Source of the DNA: Podarcis pityusensis
Lineage: Eukaryota
Reading direction: 5' to 3' (one strand)
Assembly (NCBI GenBank): GCA_964106645.2
Contig: OZ067051.1
Length of the DNA: 64,000 nt
Shown here in pieces: positions 11,825-23,467 of the stretch (position 1 is the stretch's first letter; every line of letters begins with the position of its first letter). The translations under genes and the position numbers were made by a program. The notes below the pieces were generated by a model. That model ran no database searches. It saw only the letters and a program-made list of their open reading frames with translations, and was not told the DNA's origin.

Positions 11825-12081
11825 GAGATATCCAGTGTGGTGTAGTGGTTAAGAGTGGTAGACTCGTAATCTGGGGAACCAGGTTCGCGTCTCCGCTCCT
11901 CCACATGCATCTGCTGGGTGACCTTGGGCTAGTCACACTTCTTTGAAGTCTCTCAGCCTCACTCACCTCACAGAGTGTTTGTTGTGGGGGAGGAAGGGAA
12001 AGGAGAATGTTAGCCGCTTTGAGACTCCTTAAAGGGAGTGAAAGACGGGATATCAAATCCAAACTCTTCTTCTTCTTCTTC
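11825..12081 (+). mobile_element. Squam3-type (MIR/CORE) tRNA SINE with (CTT)n tail
   Basis: A box TGGTGTAGTGG, B-box-like GGTTCGCGTCT, CORE GTGACCTTGGGCTAGTCAC, L2-like tail, (CTT)n end. Confidence 0.88.
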
Positions 12082-12370
12082 ATCTGCAGTTGCTTACTGG
12101 GGGATCACCTTGCTCCAGGGATAGACTGCTATCCAGTGCAGCGTACATAATAATACTGTACTGCATAGCCAGCCACTTTCCTTGTCAACAGTGGGACTGC
12201 AGTAGTGAAACTAAACAGGACCAACTGCATGTGTTACTTCCTTACACATATGTAAACATTGTCATTGAATACATTCCTATATCTTGTAGGGCTTGGAGGA
12301 TTCTTGACCAAACTACTAATCTTGTAAATGATGATGATGATGATTTATACCGGGGAGTCTCAGGGCGGTA

Positions 12371-12675
12371 CCATATTTTTCGCTCCATAAGATGCACTTT
12401 TCCCCTCCTAAAAAGTAAGGGGAAATGTGTGTGCATCTTATGGAGCGAATGCAGGCTGCGCAGCTATCGCAGAAGCCAGAAGAGCAAGAGGGATCGCTGC
12501 GCACCGATCCCTCTTGCTCTTCTGGCTTCAGCGATAGCCACGCAAAGCCTCTTGAGTGCAGCGGGAGCACTCCTGCCTCTTCTCTCAAGAGGTTTTGCGT
12601 TACTTTCTTGCTTTCCTCCTCTAAAAACTAGGTGCGTCTTATGGTCAGGTGCGTCTTATAGAGTGAAAAATACGG
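12371..12675. mobile_element. Tc2/pogo-type MITE, opposite orientation to the 1932 copy
   Basis: TA|CCATATTTTTCGCTCCATAAGATGCAC ... GTGCGTCTTATAGAGTGAAAAATACGG|TA. 76-bp palindrome at 12463-12538. Confidence 0.92.
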
Positions 12676-13894
12676 TACTTTTCACTCTGCTAATTGTTAG
12701 CTTGATGCTAGGTGATTTTTCCCTCTACCTGGGAGAAGAGGAAGGTGTATGAGCTGAATTGGCTGGTGAGCTTGAATTGTCTCAAAAGAAAACAAATATT
12801 GAGAGCCACTGATCTCTGGCAGCCTTCAAAATGGACAGCTCCCAACAGCTGCTGCCAACACAGCCATGCTGGTGCATACAGATGGGAGTTTTAGTCTACA
12901 ACATCTGATGGGCACTAGGTTGGCTAAGACTGGTTTAGAGGGATACATCCAGGAAGGAGGGACTGTGACTTTGCCATTTTACATTATTTTGATTGCTGTT
13001 ATATTTATTGTATATATTCTTTACATTAATATGCTGTTCACTTCTCTGGAGGCCGTTGATCCAAAACACAGTATATAAATAAACCATAACAACTTCCACT
13101 GTAGCACCAAGAGGATAGTATTTTCCACTTAAGAACAGGATTTTCCTTCCATAAAACATAAAATGGTTTGCATAGCGGCAGCAGAAGTGATTCATGCAAT
13201 TTGGCAGTGTAATCATATGTCAGTTTGGTTTTCATGATGCTTTCTCTTTGCATTGCAAAACACTTGTTTATTGTGTGCAAAGAAGGGCTTGGGTGTAAGT
13301 GTGGAAGCACAGAATAATGACAGAGCAGATTTAAAAGTAGTGGGGTAGAAAACAAAAATAGAGACATTACTAAGCTATGGACATCATTGCAAACCAGCCA
13401 ACACTGGGAAAAGACATAGTAGAGGGCAATTTATAAAAGAATGTATGAATATTTGAGATCACTATTCAAGAAACAGTTTTCAGAATCAACAAGTAAGAGA
13501 ACAATGTTTTCTGTCTCTTGAGGCATAGTATGTGGGTAGTGTTGAAATTGTAGTTTGACTTTAAAATTGCCTCAGATTTCCTTTTGTTTTGCAATCTGTC
13601 CAGCTTATCATATATGGACACGGGAAAGAAGCAAGAGGAAATATTTAAGACTTCTTCATTTCTGTGCTCTGCTGACTTTATTGCCCTCCCATATTTTCTA
13701 GCAGTAAACGTTACAAACTTTATTACATTTAAACCAGTTTTAATATAGCTGATCATAAAAAGCTAAGGAACAGAAGGGTCTGTCCATTGCAGAGGTGTAC
13801 ACTCTGAGCTGCTGCTCCCGAGTCACTGAAATAGCTACTTTTTATATCCTGAAGGATAAACATGTAGATAAATCACTTGACTGCAAAGATGGCA

Positions 13895-14155
13895 AAAGGT
13901 CTAGAAAACAATCCTATGTGGAAATGCAAAGGGAACGTAGTATGATTAGCCCTGGAGAAAAGAAGATTATGGAGAAAATGCTGACAGCTTTAAAATGTTT
14001 AAAAAGAACTCAAAGTATATGGAGAAAAACAATCGCTCTTCAACTGTGAACAGGATGGGGTGGGGGAGAAAATATTTTTAAACTGCAGGGAGGTAAAATG
14101 TGGGAGAGTTAACACTAGACATCTCCCTTCTCTAGAGTTTTTGAAAAACAGCTTT
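13895..14155 (+). mobile_element. CR1 ORF2 C-terminal relic
   Basis: Decayed GLE..SYEERLRELGMFSLEKRRLRGDM coding remnant (CCTATGTGGAAATG...CTGGAGAAAAGAAGATTA). Confidence 0.6.
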
Positions 14156-14477
14156 ATAGGGGTTATTGAAAAACAGTTTAATAGTGACACAGCATATCCT
14201 GATAGGGTTGTAAGGATTGAGAGGTCCAGAGTCAGTCCAAGTTCTTTGGAATGGTAGGCTGCCATCAGCACCTATGGCTTTAAGGTTCAAGGGCAAAGCT
14301 CGCTGGTTAATCAGACCCTTAGGAAATTTCAGGAAACAAGATCCAATTTCTTGCTCTCCCTCCTGAAACCTTCAGTACAATAAAAGATGTAGATGGTTGA
14401 TAATTGTGATCCAAGCAGTCTGAGGCACTGGATTTGGACCCCCCAAAATTCTGAATAATCCACACTGAAGTGTAGAA

Positions 14478-14613
14478 CAGGCAGCCCCAAACTTGGCCCT
14501 CCAGATGTTTTGGGACTACAACTCCCATCATCCCTAGCTAACAGGACCAGTGGTCAGGGATGATGGGAATTGTAGTCTCAAAACATTTGAAGGACTGAGT
14601 TTGCCTATGCCTG
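14478..14613. mobile_element. 136-bp hAT-type MITE, same family as 10721
   Basis: CAGGCA...TGCCTG termini. Perfect 8-bp TSD GTGTAGAA at 14470-14477 and 14614-14621. Confidence 0.93.
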
Positions 14614-16939
14614 GTGTAGAATATAGATTTATTTCAAACTACTAAAGTAGTTACCCTGTTACCCAATGAGAATAAATGATTTTGAGGAAAAGGTCAGATA
14701 ACGCTTTAGGAACATTTGGGGGAAAATGCACACACAAAAAATAAGAAAGCTATACCTTACTGTCACTCTCTGACCCTCCAAAGAGAAATGTCTTGATGAG
14801 TCAGTTGAGGAATCAAGTCTCAAGGAAACAATATACAAATACTGGGAGGCTACCAACAGACCCACAGGGGCTTGCAGCTACTTTTATTAATTTGATGGTC
14901 TTTATACTTTTCTGGCCTAGTAACACCATTTTCTGTTCTCACAATCACAAAGCTCCTTGGCTTCACAAGTCTCAAGAACAAAGCTCCTTGGCTGCAACTT
15001 TTCACAGCCCAAGTGGGGTGAAAAAGGGGCCCTGTGACAGCCCAGCTGCACAATGTTCCTCAAATTAGTGGAATGTTCAGTCTGGGCTTGGGACACTGGA
15101 GGCAGCCACAAGATAAGCAGGTGTTGTAAATTTGGGCCTGCTTGCAGTTACTGAGGGAGAAAGCTGTTTTCTCATAGCCCAGGTCTACCCAGAAGTCCAA
15201 GCTTTTCACACGGACCAAAGTTTTACCCAAAGGTTCCCCAATTTAACACATGTCCAAAGTATGAAACACAAAACCCCAAGTTCTATATAGGCATGGTGCT
15301 GTATCCCAAAGTTCTGACAGGAGTGTTTTCTTCTGAGCCAATGCTGTGCTGTCCAGCTCTTGATGAACTACAACTCAGTCTTGACCGGTGACTCGTGGTC
15401 AGGGTTAATGGGAGTTGAAATATGGCACCTAAAACCAAGATGCTACTGTAGCAGACACTTTTCCCCCCTTGGATACAACACATGGTTGGTTTAGGCATCT
15501 AGCACATTTTTGTTTCCCTAGGAAGCATTTGTATTATCACTTGCTTAAACATTGTTGTTGAAAAGTAGGTAGGCTATTGGAATGGAGGAACAGTTGAATG
15601 GTGACACTGGGTCATATTTCTGTGTGGCTTTTTAATTAGAACTACTTGGGATTTTTGGGTATAATACTTTGCATGATGAGAACATTTCAGCGTTCATTAC
15701 AAAGAAGACACTGCAAGTGTATAAAGACATTGCATTCTCCAACCATCAAGCACAATCATATAAAACATGATTTTAAGATTGAGAAGTTAGCGACAGAAGA
15801 GAAATTTGCAGGGTTCCATTTAAACTATTATTCTTGAAATGTTCCCTGCAGAGTAGGATGAAGCCACAGGTGAAAGTAGACCTTCTTCACACAATAGGAA
15901 TTAAACTAATCTTGCTACCTGTAGGCAGTTTTTCCTCCCATTGTGATTGTTCTGTGGCTTGATCCAAAGAGTAAGAAATCAAAATGACAAAGCAGTACCA
16001 TTGTCTGAACCACCATCTATTTCTTGAGGACCATGCAAATTTATACTGCTGGGTTATTCAAATGCTTTCATATCTATTTATCAGCAGAAGGTACTGTAAT
16101 AAAAATAATAAAAGATGTTACAGTAGCTACCACCTAGCCCTTTGGTCATTGTCCTGAAAGGAAATTGTTCTGTACCCCTTTATGGCTATTTTTGAATAAA
16201 TATTTTATTCCATTTTGTGGAAACTGCATAGAGACTTTTTGTGATTAAGCCATAGAAGTCTTCTAAATAAATAAAATACATACTCTGCAGACAAGGCCTT
16301 AGAACAGATAATTAAAAACATAACATGGTTCCTATGAATGAAGATTATGGTTTATTTAGTTACTTCAACAGCTTGTTTTTGGTGATCTCTGATGGCAGCA
16401 CTTATTTGACCTGCCGGAGGTTTGAGATTAGAACCCTGTTATGTTCAATTTGTCTTCTCCAACTGCTAACTCTTGCCAGGTAGTTTTATGACAGTTTATC
16501 CACAAAGCATTGAGAACAAATCTGCGATGCCCCAGAACTTGCAAACAGCTGCTTATCTAATGAACATTTTCCAGTGTTGCACCCACTTTGTCTCCTGTTT
16601 TACATTCACACAACAATGTTAATACCTTGGATAGATAAAAAGAAAGCAACTAGATAATGAGAAAAGTTGTTAATGGATAGTGTTTTGTTGCAATACTGAA
16701 CATCCCTAAAGAATTTCAACACTAAAAAGTAATTCAGTATTTAAAAATAAAATAAATTGCCAAACAGCAGCAGCAGTAACAAAAAATTAAATGAAGAAGG
16801 AAAAAAACCAAAAATAGAATACAAGAACAAACTCAAACACCACGCAATGCCAACAGTGATAATTGTAAAACCGAACAAATTTGACACTGATTTTGTGAAT
16901 CACTCTTTCCAAATTATTACTGTATTCCAGTTCCTAATA

Positions 16940-17178
16940 CAGTGGTACCTCGGGTTACATACGCTTCAGGTTACATACGCTTCAGGTTACAGACTCCGCT
17001 AACCCAGAAATAATACCTCGGGTTAAGAACTTTGCTTCAGGATGAGAACAGAAATTGCGTGGCAGCACGGCAGCAGTGGCAGGCCCCATTAGCTAAAGTG
17101 GTGCTTCGGGTTAAGAACAGTTTCAGGTTAAGAACGGATCTCCAGAATAAATTAAGTACGTAACCAGAGGTACTACTG
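16940..17178. mobile_element. Tigger/pogo-type MITE, family A
   Basis: TA|CAGTGGTACCTCGGGTTAC ... TAACCAGAGGTACTACTG|TA. Confidence 0.92.
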
Positions 17179-17419
17179 TAAGTAAAAAGGAGTGCCGCTT
17201 TTACACCAATAATGCTTTTTTGATCTTTAAAGTTTATGTAATGTAAGGTAACGAAATGAAATGAAATGTGGACTATTAATAAATATAGAATCTTTATAAA
17301 AGGATTAGTGTTATAATGGAAGGGTCATTTAGAAAGGTAAATTTAGAAATTACTGTATTTGTGTCCTCCAACTCACCACTGACACCAGCTCTATTTGACT
17401 CACAATTTTATAGAAACTA

Positions 17420-17950
17420 AAGAATAACCAAATTTACAGCATGACAGCTATCAGAAACGGATGGACTTGTGACCTGGGTTAATGATAGCGAAGTTAAAAT
17501 AGTTAGCCAGATGAAAGAGAAAAATGTCCGAGACAAAGAAAGCTCTTTTTGTAATTGAATATTTTCAAATAATATACTTTTTAGATAGTTGGTTAAGAAA
17601 TCCGTAAGGAAGGTTGAGACAGACAAACAAATTTTCAAAGCCGCTATGTAACAATCCAGGTAAGATGCTGTCTCACATACAGCATACCAAATAACAAATA
17701 CTGGAGGAAATAGAGGATCGGATTATACTTCAGAATTGGAGAAAATGTTGGGATGAATAATACCAGAAGAAACACACGGGTAGATTTGGAATAAGATGAA
17801 TAGGAAAGTTGAGTCTATGTCTTTAATAGAAAACTTGATGAAGCATTGGACAGTGTGGTATGAGACTCCTTTGAGATTATCTATGATCTGTAGAAACTGC
17901 AACAACAGGGAGAATGGAAAGGAAAAGGCAGATTTTATACATTGTATAAA
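17420..17950 (+). pseudogene. Old L1 ORF2 C-terminal relic
   Basis: ENLMKHWTVWYETPLRLSMI...C...ADFIHC aligns with the L1 segment ENLMKMIYRWYMTPVKLAKI...CWKC...GTFFH at 61451. Confidence 0.65.
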
Positions 17951-18084
17951 ATGTTTATCAAGCTATGGGAATCAGCAATTTGTTCGCAAAATAGCATTAA
18001 CTTGATGGGAAAGCAAAAGGAAAGCAAAAGCTGAACCAGTTTGAGCAGGCATGGAAATGATAGGATGTAAACCCTTGCCTTACT

Positions 18085-18428
18085 GCAAGGCCAAGGGAAC
18101 TTTTTCAGCCTGAGGGCTCTATTTCCTTCTGAGAACCCTTCTGGTGGCCACATGGCAGTGGTAAGGGGGGGCAAAGGCAAAAGTGAGTGGAGCAAGAAAC
18201 TTAAATTTCACCTTTGTACAGTACACTAGTGTTCTAAACATGCTCATACATCACTCTATACCCCCACTCAGGCAAGCAAGAGGCATTAATGATTAGCGTT
18301 CAAGGGCACATTCAAGTCAGGCAAACGTTGGTTTGGAGTTTGAATCAGGGTCATTGAGGGGGCGTGGTCTGGAGAGAGATGGTGTGGCCTTGGAGGCTTT
18401 CCAGGCTTGAGGTTCTCTATTCTTGCTT
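18085..18428. mobile_element. Degraded hAT-type non-autonomous element
   Basis: Decayed inverted termini GGGAACTTTTTCAGCCTGAGGGC ... CAGGCTTGAGGTTCTC. No clean TSD. Confidence 0.45.
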
Positions 18429-21400
18429 TACTGTCATGTTCAAATTGATTTATGCATTTTATGTTGGTTTAGCTCCCCGTCACTGTACATAAGTAAGGAT
18501 GCATGTATAAGATCCAGAATTTTAAAGCTCATGGCAAGTAATGCTTTTTTCAATATATATCATAACACTGGATAATTATATGTAATTATGTGTAATCTCC
18601 TCTTTTGCATTCATAATAATATTTGAACTCAATGAAATAAAGAAATGTATTTCGTAGAATTCATATAATCATAACAATGGCAGTAAAAACTACAGCCAGC
18701 AAGAATAACATTGTTAAAATCATTTCCAACCAGCGAAACAATGGGATAATAAATAGTACAATAATTTAAGTAGTATGTCTGTTAATGTAGTTTTAAAAGT
18801 TTGTTTTCTCATTTGGTTAGCCATGTATTCTAGCTTCTTCGTCATCATTTCCTGTTGTGTTTTACTTTAACTTCCCCTCTCTGCATCGGTCAAGCAATAC
18901 ATTGAAAGCATTGCATCTTCCAATGTAACCTTTCTGATACTGTCTTTCAAATACTGATGACATATTCCTAGTTTAGCTGTTCGGATGAGCCATTCAGTCA
19001 CTTCAGAGCTCCACTGCTTATGAATTGCCTTGTCCTACAGGAGCCAGAAGTTATTGTAAGGCAATTCATTCCTTTTCTGCACTCAGCATAGACTCAGACA
19101 CAAATCTCGACAAGGGATTCCAGTATAGCAGCAAGAACAGAGGTTTTCATGAGGCTACGGTCATTCAGTCAGTGTTTAACTCTTTTAACTCTCTGCTGTC
19201 CTGCCTGTCAGATACATTTTCCTTGTTTTGAATTGCAGATAGCTTCGGTTCTTCTTGTTCAAAAGGGTCTAGGAAGATTTTTAGCATTGCATCCAGCTCA
19301 TTGATGAGTTGCCTAATTCCCTGCCAGTGATCCTGTGGCCAAAGGCCAAATCCAGAAAAACCTCATTTTTGGGATAGTAGTATTAAAAGTTAGAAAAGAG
19401 GACAAGATGTGATAGAACAGAAGAAAGGCAAAAGAAACAGCTGGCAATTAACTGCACAGCATCTGCATATGAAAACCTTTTGCATTTCATTAGTAGTAAT
19501 TGGTGTATCTCATCAATGCATGTGGTGATTCTACAGTTTTAAAGCAAGCCAAATCTCTTCTTTGAAAGCTTCCAGTTTAAAAACTTGAGACATTCTGAAC
19601 AATGTGGATATACAACTTATTATTTATTTACCATTTTGTTCCTTTTTTTTGTTCCACATGCACAAATATTCTTAGGAGCGCATCTTGAATTTTGGTCCAT
19701 GAATTTGCCCCATGCAGAACGTTAGTTGCTACTTTTATGCCCTCCTAACCTGTGTAAAAAGTGGAGGTTTCCCATTGAAACTGGAATTATTACCTGTATC
19801 TGGTATAGAGGTTTCAGCATGTGAAGTGACCTCACTGGAGAGACACTGGTGATAGTCAGCTCAGCTCAGGATTTCTTTTGAATACCACCTGATATTCTTC
19901 TTGACTTGGTCAAAAATTGGATCTAACTTTCCTGAGAATTTTGTATGAAAAGCAGTATGCTCCACAAGGAGGTACACCTCCCCCAACTTACCTTTTTTAT
20001 TTTTTTTACTTGTGATGACCCTTCCCTCAGTTTTCAGTTAGGTGTGTCTATCTCCATGTGTTCCTCCTTGTCTCCTTTCTCCCATCTTGGTATGATTCAG
20101 TGCTCAAGCAATTAATGATTTTGCATTAGCACTCCAAGGAGCTCTGAAACGCTGGGCAGGATTCACCTAACCAGCCCTGTTAATGAAAGCCTTGTGCAAG
20201 GACTTCTGCTTGTGCAATGGACTCCCCTCTCGTTTCCCTGCCCACCCTCCTAATATTCTTTAGAGGGTCTCTTCTCCAGAGTAGCTGCAAGTGAGGAGGC
20301 AGAAAAAGGTCCTCCTTTCCTTCCACTTTATAGTTTTAATCTGAAATCTTAGGTGCAGTACTGCACCCAGAGATCAGAAACTACTCGTGCTAATGAAATC
20401 CCCTGTTGCAAAATGCACCTAGAACAATGAGAGTTTTGAACAATGCATTCTGGGTAGCAGATAAAAGATTTCTGGTTGAGACTTTTGGTGTGTGTGTGTA
20501 CCGATTTAGTCTTGCAAACCTGTCTGTAGAAAGTTTTGTCATCAGACTCCCCCCCCCCCCCCCGTTACCAGTTCTTCAGCTGGTAGGTTGTGATCACAAT
20601 TTGACTGAACTCAGGATATGACTGAACTTAAGGTGGATTGCGCTCGTAACAGATCATCACTATAAAAAGAGTGAAAAGGAGAATTAGCAGGAGAATGCTT
20701 GATGTCTATAGTTTTGAAAAAAAATTATAGTCCAATGTTGGAACTAAAGGTTGAAGACCTTGCTAGTCTAGATGTGTCCTGACATTCACTTTGCAAAGCA
20801 GTGTTAATCTCCATCTTACTTATTTGTTTAGCCTTCCAGAATTAGTTGCAGCCCTCCACTGTTGCCATTCTAGTCACAACTTCTTAATTCCCTTTGCTTA
20901 TGCTCTCTTTTAGCTCACCCTCTTTTTGAGCTGCAGATTTGACTTCAGTGTAATGAATGGGTTTCTCAGTTTCATGTTTGTGATGCTGCTCCATAAATGT
21001 GTTAAGAAATTAATTTGGAGTTTAGTTTAGCATCTTTCTTTCAGGGATTTATGCTTCTGAGCTCAAGGGCAAGACTGTTCTCTCAAAGGGATGATGGTTA
21101 GGAATTACTGATGAGAACTGAATATGAACTTTTGTTTTCTCTCCTGATTTGGTTCTAGAGATTTGGAGGAACAACAAGAGACAAGAATAGCCCTCTCAGT
21201 AGCTCTGGATCCTAGTTGTCACCCTCTGATTTCTATGTTGTTTACTTCTGTAAATCCTTAGGAAACCTTCGTGCTCTGTAACTTGTGTTGGCCTACCATT
21301 GCATTTCACTTTCTAAGGCCAGCAATTCTATCTTTGATTGCCCAGCGTCATAATCAAAGTAGAATATAAGGCATTCCATATTTGCCATCAAGAAAAGGTA

Positions 21401-22364
21401 GAAAAGAAAATGGCCACGGGGCAAGCATCAACCAGTAGTTAGAGGATAATTAGGTTTTTTTTATAGAAAAAAATGTTCTTAGGGTGACTGAACAAATTGG
21501 GCACTTACTTGATTTCTTTAAACTATGTTACTTTTCAAGCTGGCATGTGTTGACTTTCTAGCTGTACTTGAATGTTTATGTTGCCTCTTCTTTAGGATGT
21601 TCAGTTTCCTTATTTTTGTTTACTTCAAGCCTTAGTTATCTCTGTGTTACACAACTTATAAAGAGGTTAGGAGAAAATTGTCCTAAATGAAGGCTGGCTG
21701 GGGGGGAGACACCTTTTGAAATATTCCTCTTTCCCCCTGCAGATTAAAGGCTTTCAGCTTTATTTCTTTTCATCTGTCCTACTTTATAAATGAGTTTTCT
21801 GCAGGACATCCAGGTGCTTGAACTGGCATTTAATCACATTTTGGTTGCTGTGGTTTCTGGCTGAAATGTAAGCACACATTATTCTCTGTAAAGGAAAAGC
21901 TGAAAGGCATCTCAGGAACAGAAGGACTACATCAAATGGCCGAAGAATGGTTAGACGGGTTTCAGCAAAGAATCCAGAGCCTAAGAAGGTCGTCTTGGCT
22001 GTCCAACAAATCTTTCAAAGTGTGAAAATCCTCTCAAGGCAAATCTTCAGCATAAGTATGCCTTTTTTAAAAAGGCTTAAAAGTCATGTCGTTGGCAAGC
22101 ATTTCAGTATCCCTAAGAAATCCACTCCCACCTTTGTGTGGCATGTGTACAACATGGAAGGCAAGATTAATTGCTTTGCTAATGGCATTTCCATGCATAC
22201 CTGTTGCAGCTAGAGCAGCTTTTCAGATGGAGTTGACAATGTGCCCTGTTTTTCGTTTGTTGCAAGCAGATATCCCATTGCTTGCTTTCTTGTACGTGAC
22301 TCAGTCAGTGAGATGAAGGCAGCTAGTTTTGCTTGGTCTGTATATTTCGGGTAGTCCAAGCTAG

Positions 22365-22410
22365 CCTGCCTGCCTGCCTACCTACCTACCTACCTACCTA
22401 CCTACCTACC
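22365..22410. repeat. (GCCT)n(ACCT)n tetranucleotide microsatellite
   Basis: Read directly from the sequence. Confidence 0.9.
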
Positions 22411-22817
22411 TTTATATTCTGCTTGATTGTAGAAAAAACTTCAAAAGTGGTTGGGATGCTTGAATCGTCAAACCCATAAATATGGGCAGCAAAGCAAATG
22501 CAAACTGCACAATGTGCTCTTGACTTGAATTATTTTAGTCTGATGCAGGTGCCAGTGGTGAGAGTGCAAAAAGGGGTGCTTGTTTGCCAGAAAACAACAA
22601 GGTGCAACTGCACTCATTCTTTTTCAGAACCACAAGTCTGCACCATTAAGCCTTGAATAATGTGGGTGTTAAGCCATACAACTCAGTTGCCAACCTGAAG
22701 TTATAACTAGTAGCCTCTTTTCATTTCAGATAGACTCCCCACAAGCCTTGCAGCATATATCACAATCCCTGTCTTTTGTTCTTTAAATGGCTTATCTCAT
22801 ACACCTAGAGACTGTCT

Positions 22818-22966
22818 CATAAGAACATAAGAAGCTGCTGCTTGATAAATCCAATGGCTTATCTAATCCAGCATGCTGTTCTTACAGTGGCCAACCAGAT
22901 ACCTGTGGGAAATCCACAAGTAGGGTTTGAACACAAAAGCACTCTTCCCTCCTGTGGTTTCCAGCA
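22818..22966 (-). mobile_element. CR1-type 3' end
   Basis: (CATAAGAA)2 octamer tail and ATCCAGCATGCTGTTCTTACAGTGGCCAACCAGAT. Confidence 0.75.
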
Positions 22967-23261
22967 GTCTCCTCACATATCCTTGACAATTTCTCAAAAC
23001 TGCTGAGGGCATTCTCTTACTGTGATACCTCTTATGCAACAAGTTCAGGCAAGGCACTCACAAAAGCATTTTTGATTCTCTGTTCCCCCTGTTATGAAGC
23101 TTGGTCCGAACTCAGACTTGCCCAGTTCAGATCCTGATTACTACAGTGCTTTCATAATACAAAACCAACGTTTTTCAGTTGGCTTGATGCCCATGGTTAA
23201 ATCAGGAGAGTGAAATTTCAGTTAATTTCATAATTTTAATCTGTTATGCTAAAGCTGTATA

Positions 23262-23467
23262 CAGTGGTACCTGGTTATGAATGCTTCAGGTTATGAGCTC
23301 CGTTAACCCGAAAGTAGCTACTCCTGGTTGCAAGCTTTGCCCCAGGATGTGAACGAAAATTGCGTGCCTCTGGCCCCATTAGCGAAAGCGCACCTAAGGA
23401 TAAGAATGGTTTCAGCTTAAGAACGGACCTGTGGAACGAATTAAGTTCGTAACCAGAGGTACCACTG
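23262..23467. mobile_element. Tigger/pogo-type MITE, family A, diverged copy
   Basis: TA|CAGTGGTACCTGGTTA ... TAACCAGAGGTACCACTG. The right TSD is mutated. Confidence 0.85.

Noticed and set aside
11835-11905. tRNA-like A and B boxes as a tRNA gene
   Set aside because: They are the head of a CORE-SINE. The same applies to the Sauria and Squam2-type SINE heads.
12090-12752. 220-aa ORF
   Set aside because: Non-ATG start; runs through a microsatellite and a MITE; no domain motif.
14761-15250. Possible solo LTR
   Set aside because: TG start and a minus-strand AATAAA are present, but no matching CA end with a TSD could be fixed.
21947-22316. ORFs in unique sequence as possible host exons
   Set aside because: No recognisable protein similarity and no convincing splice-site pair.
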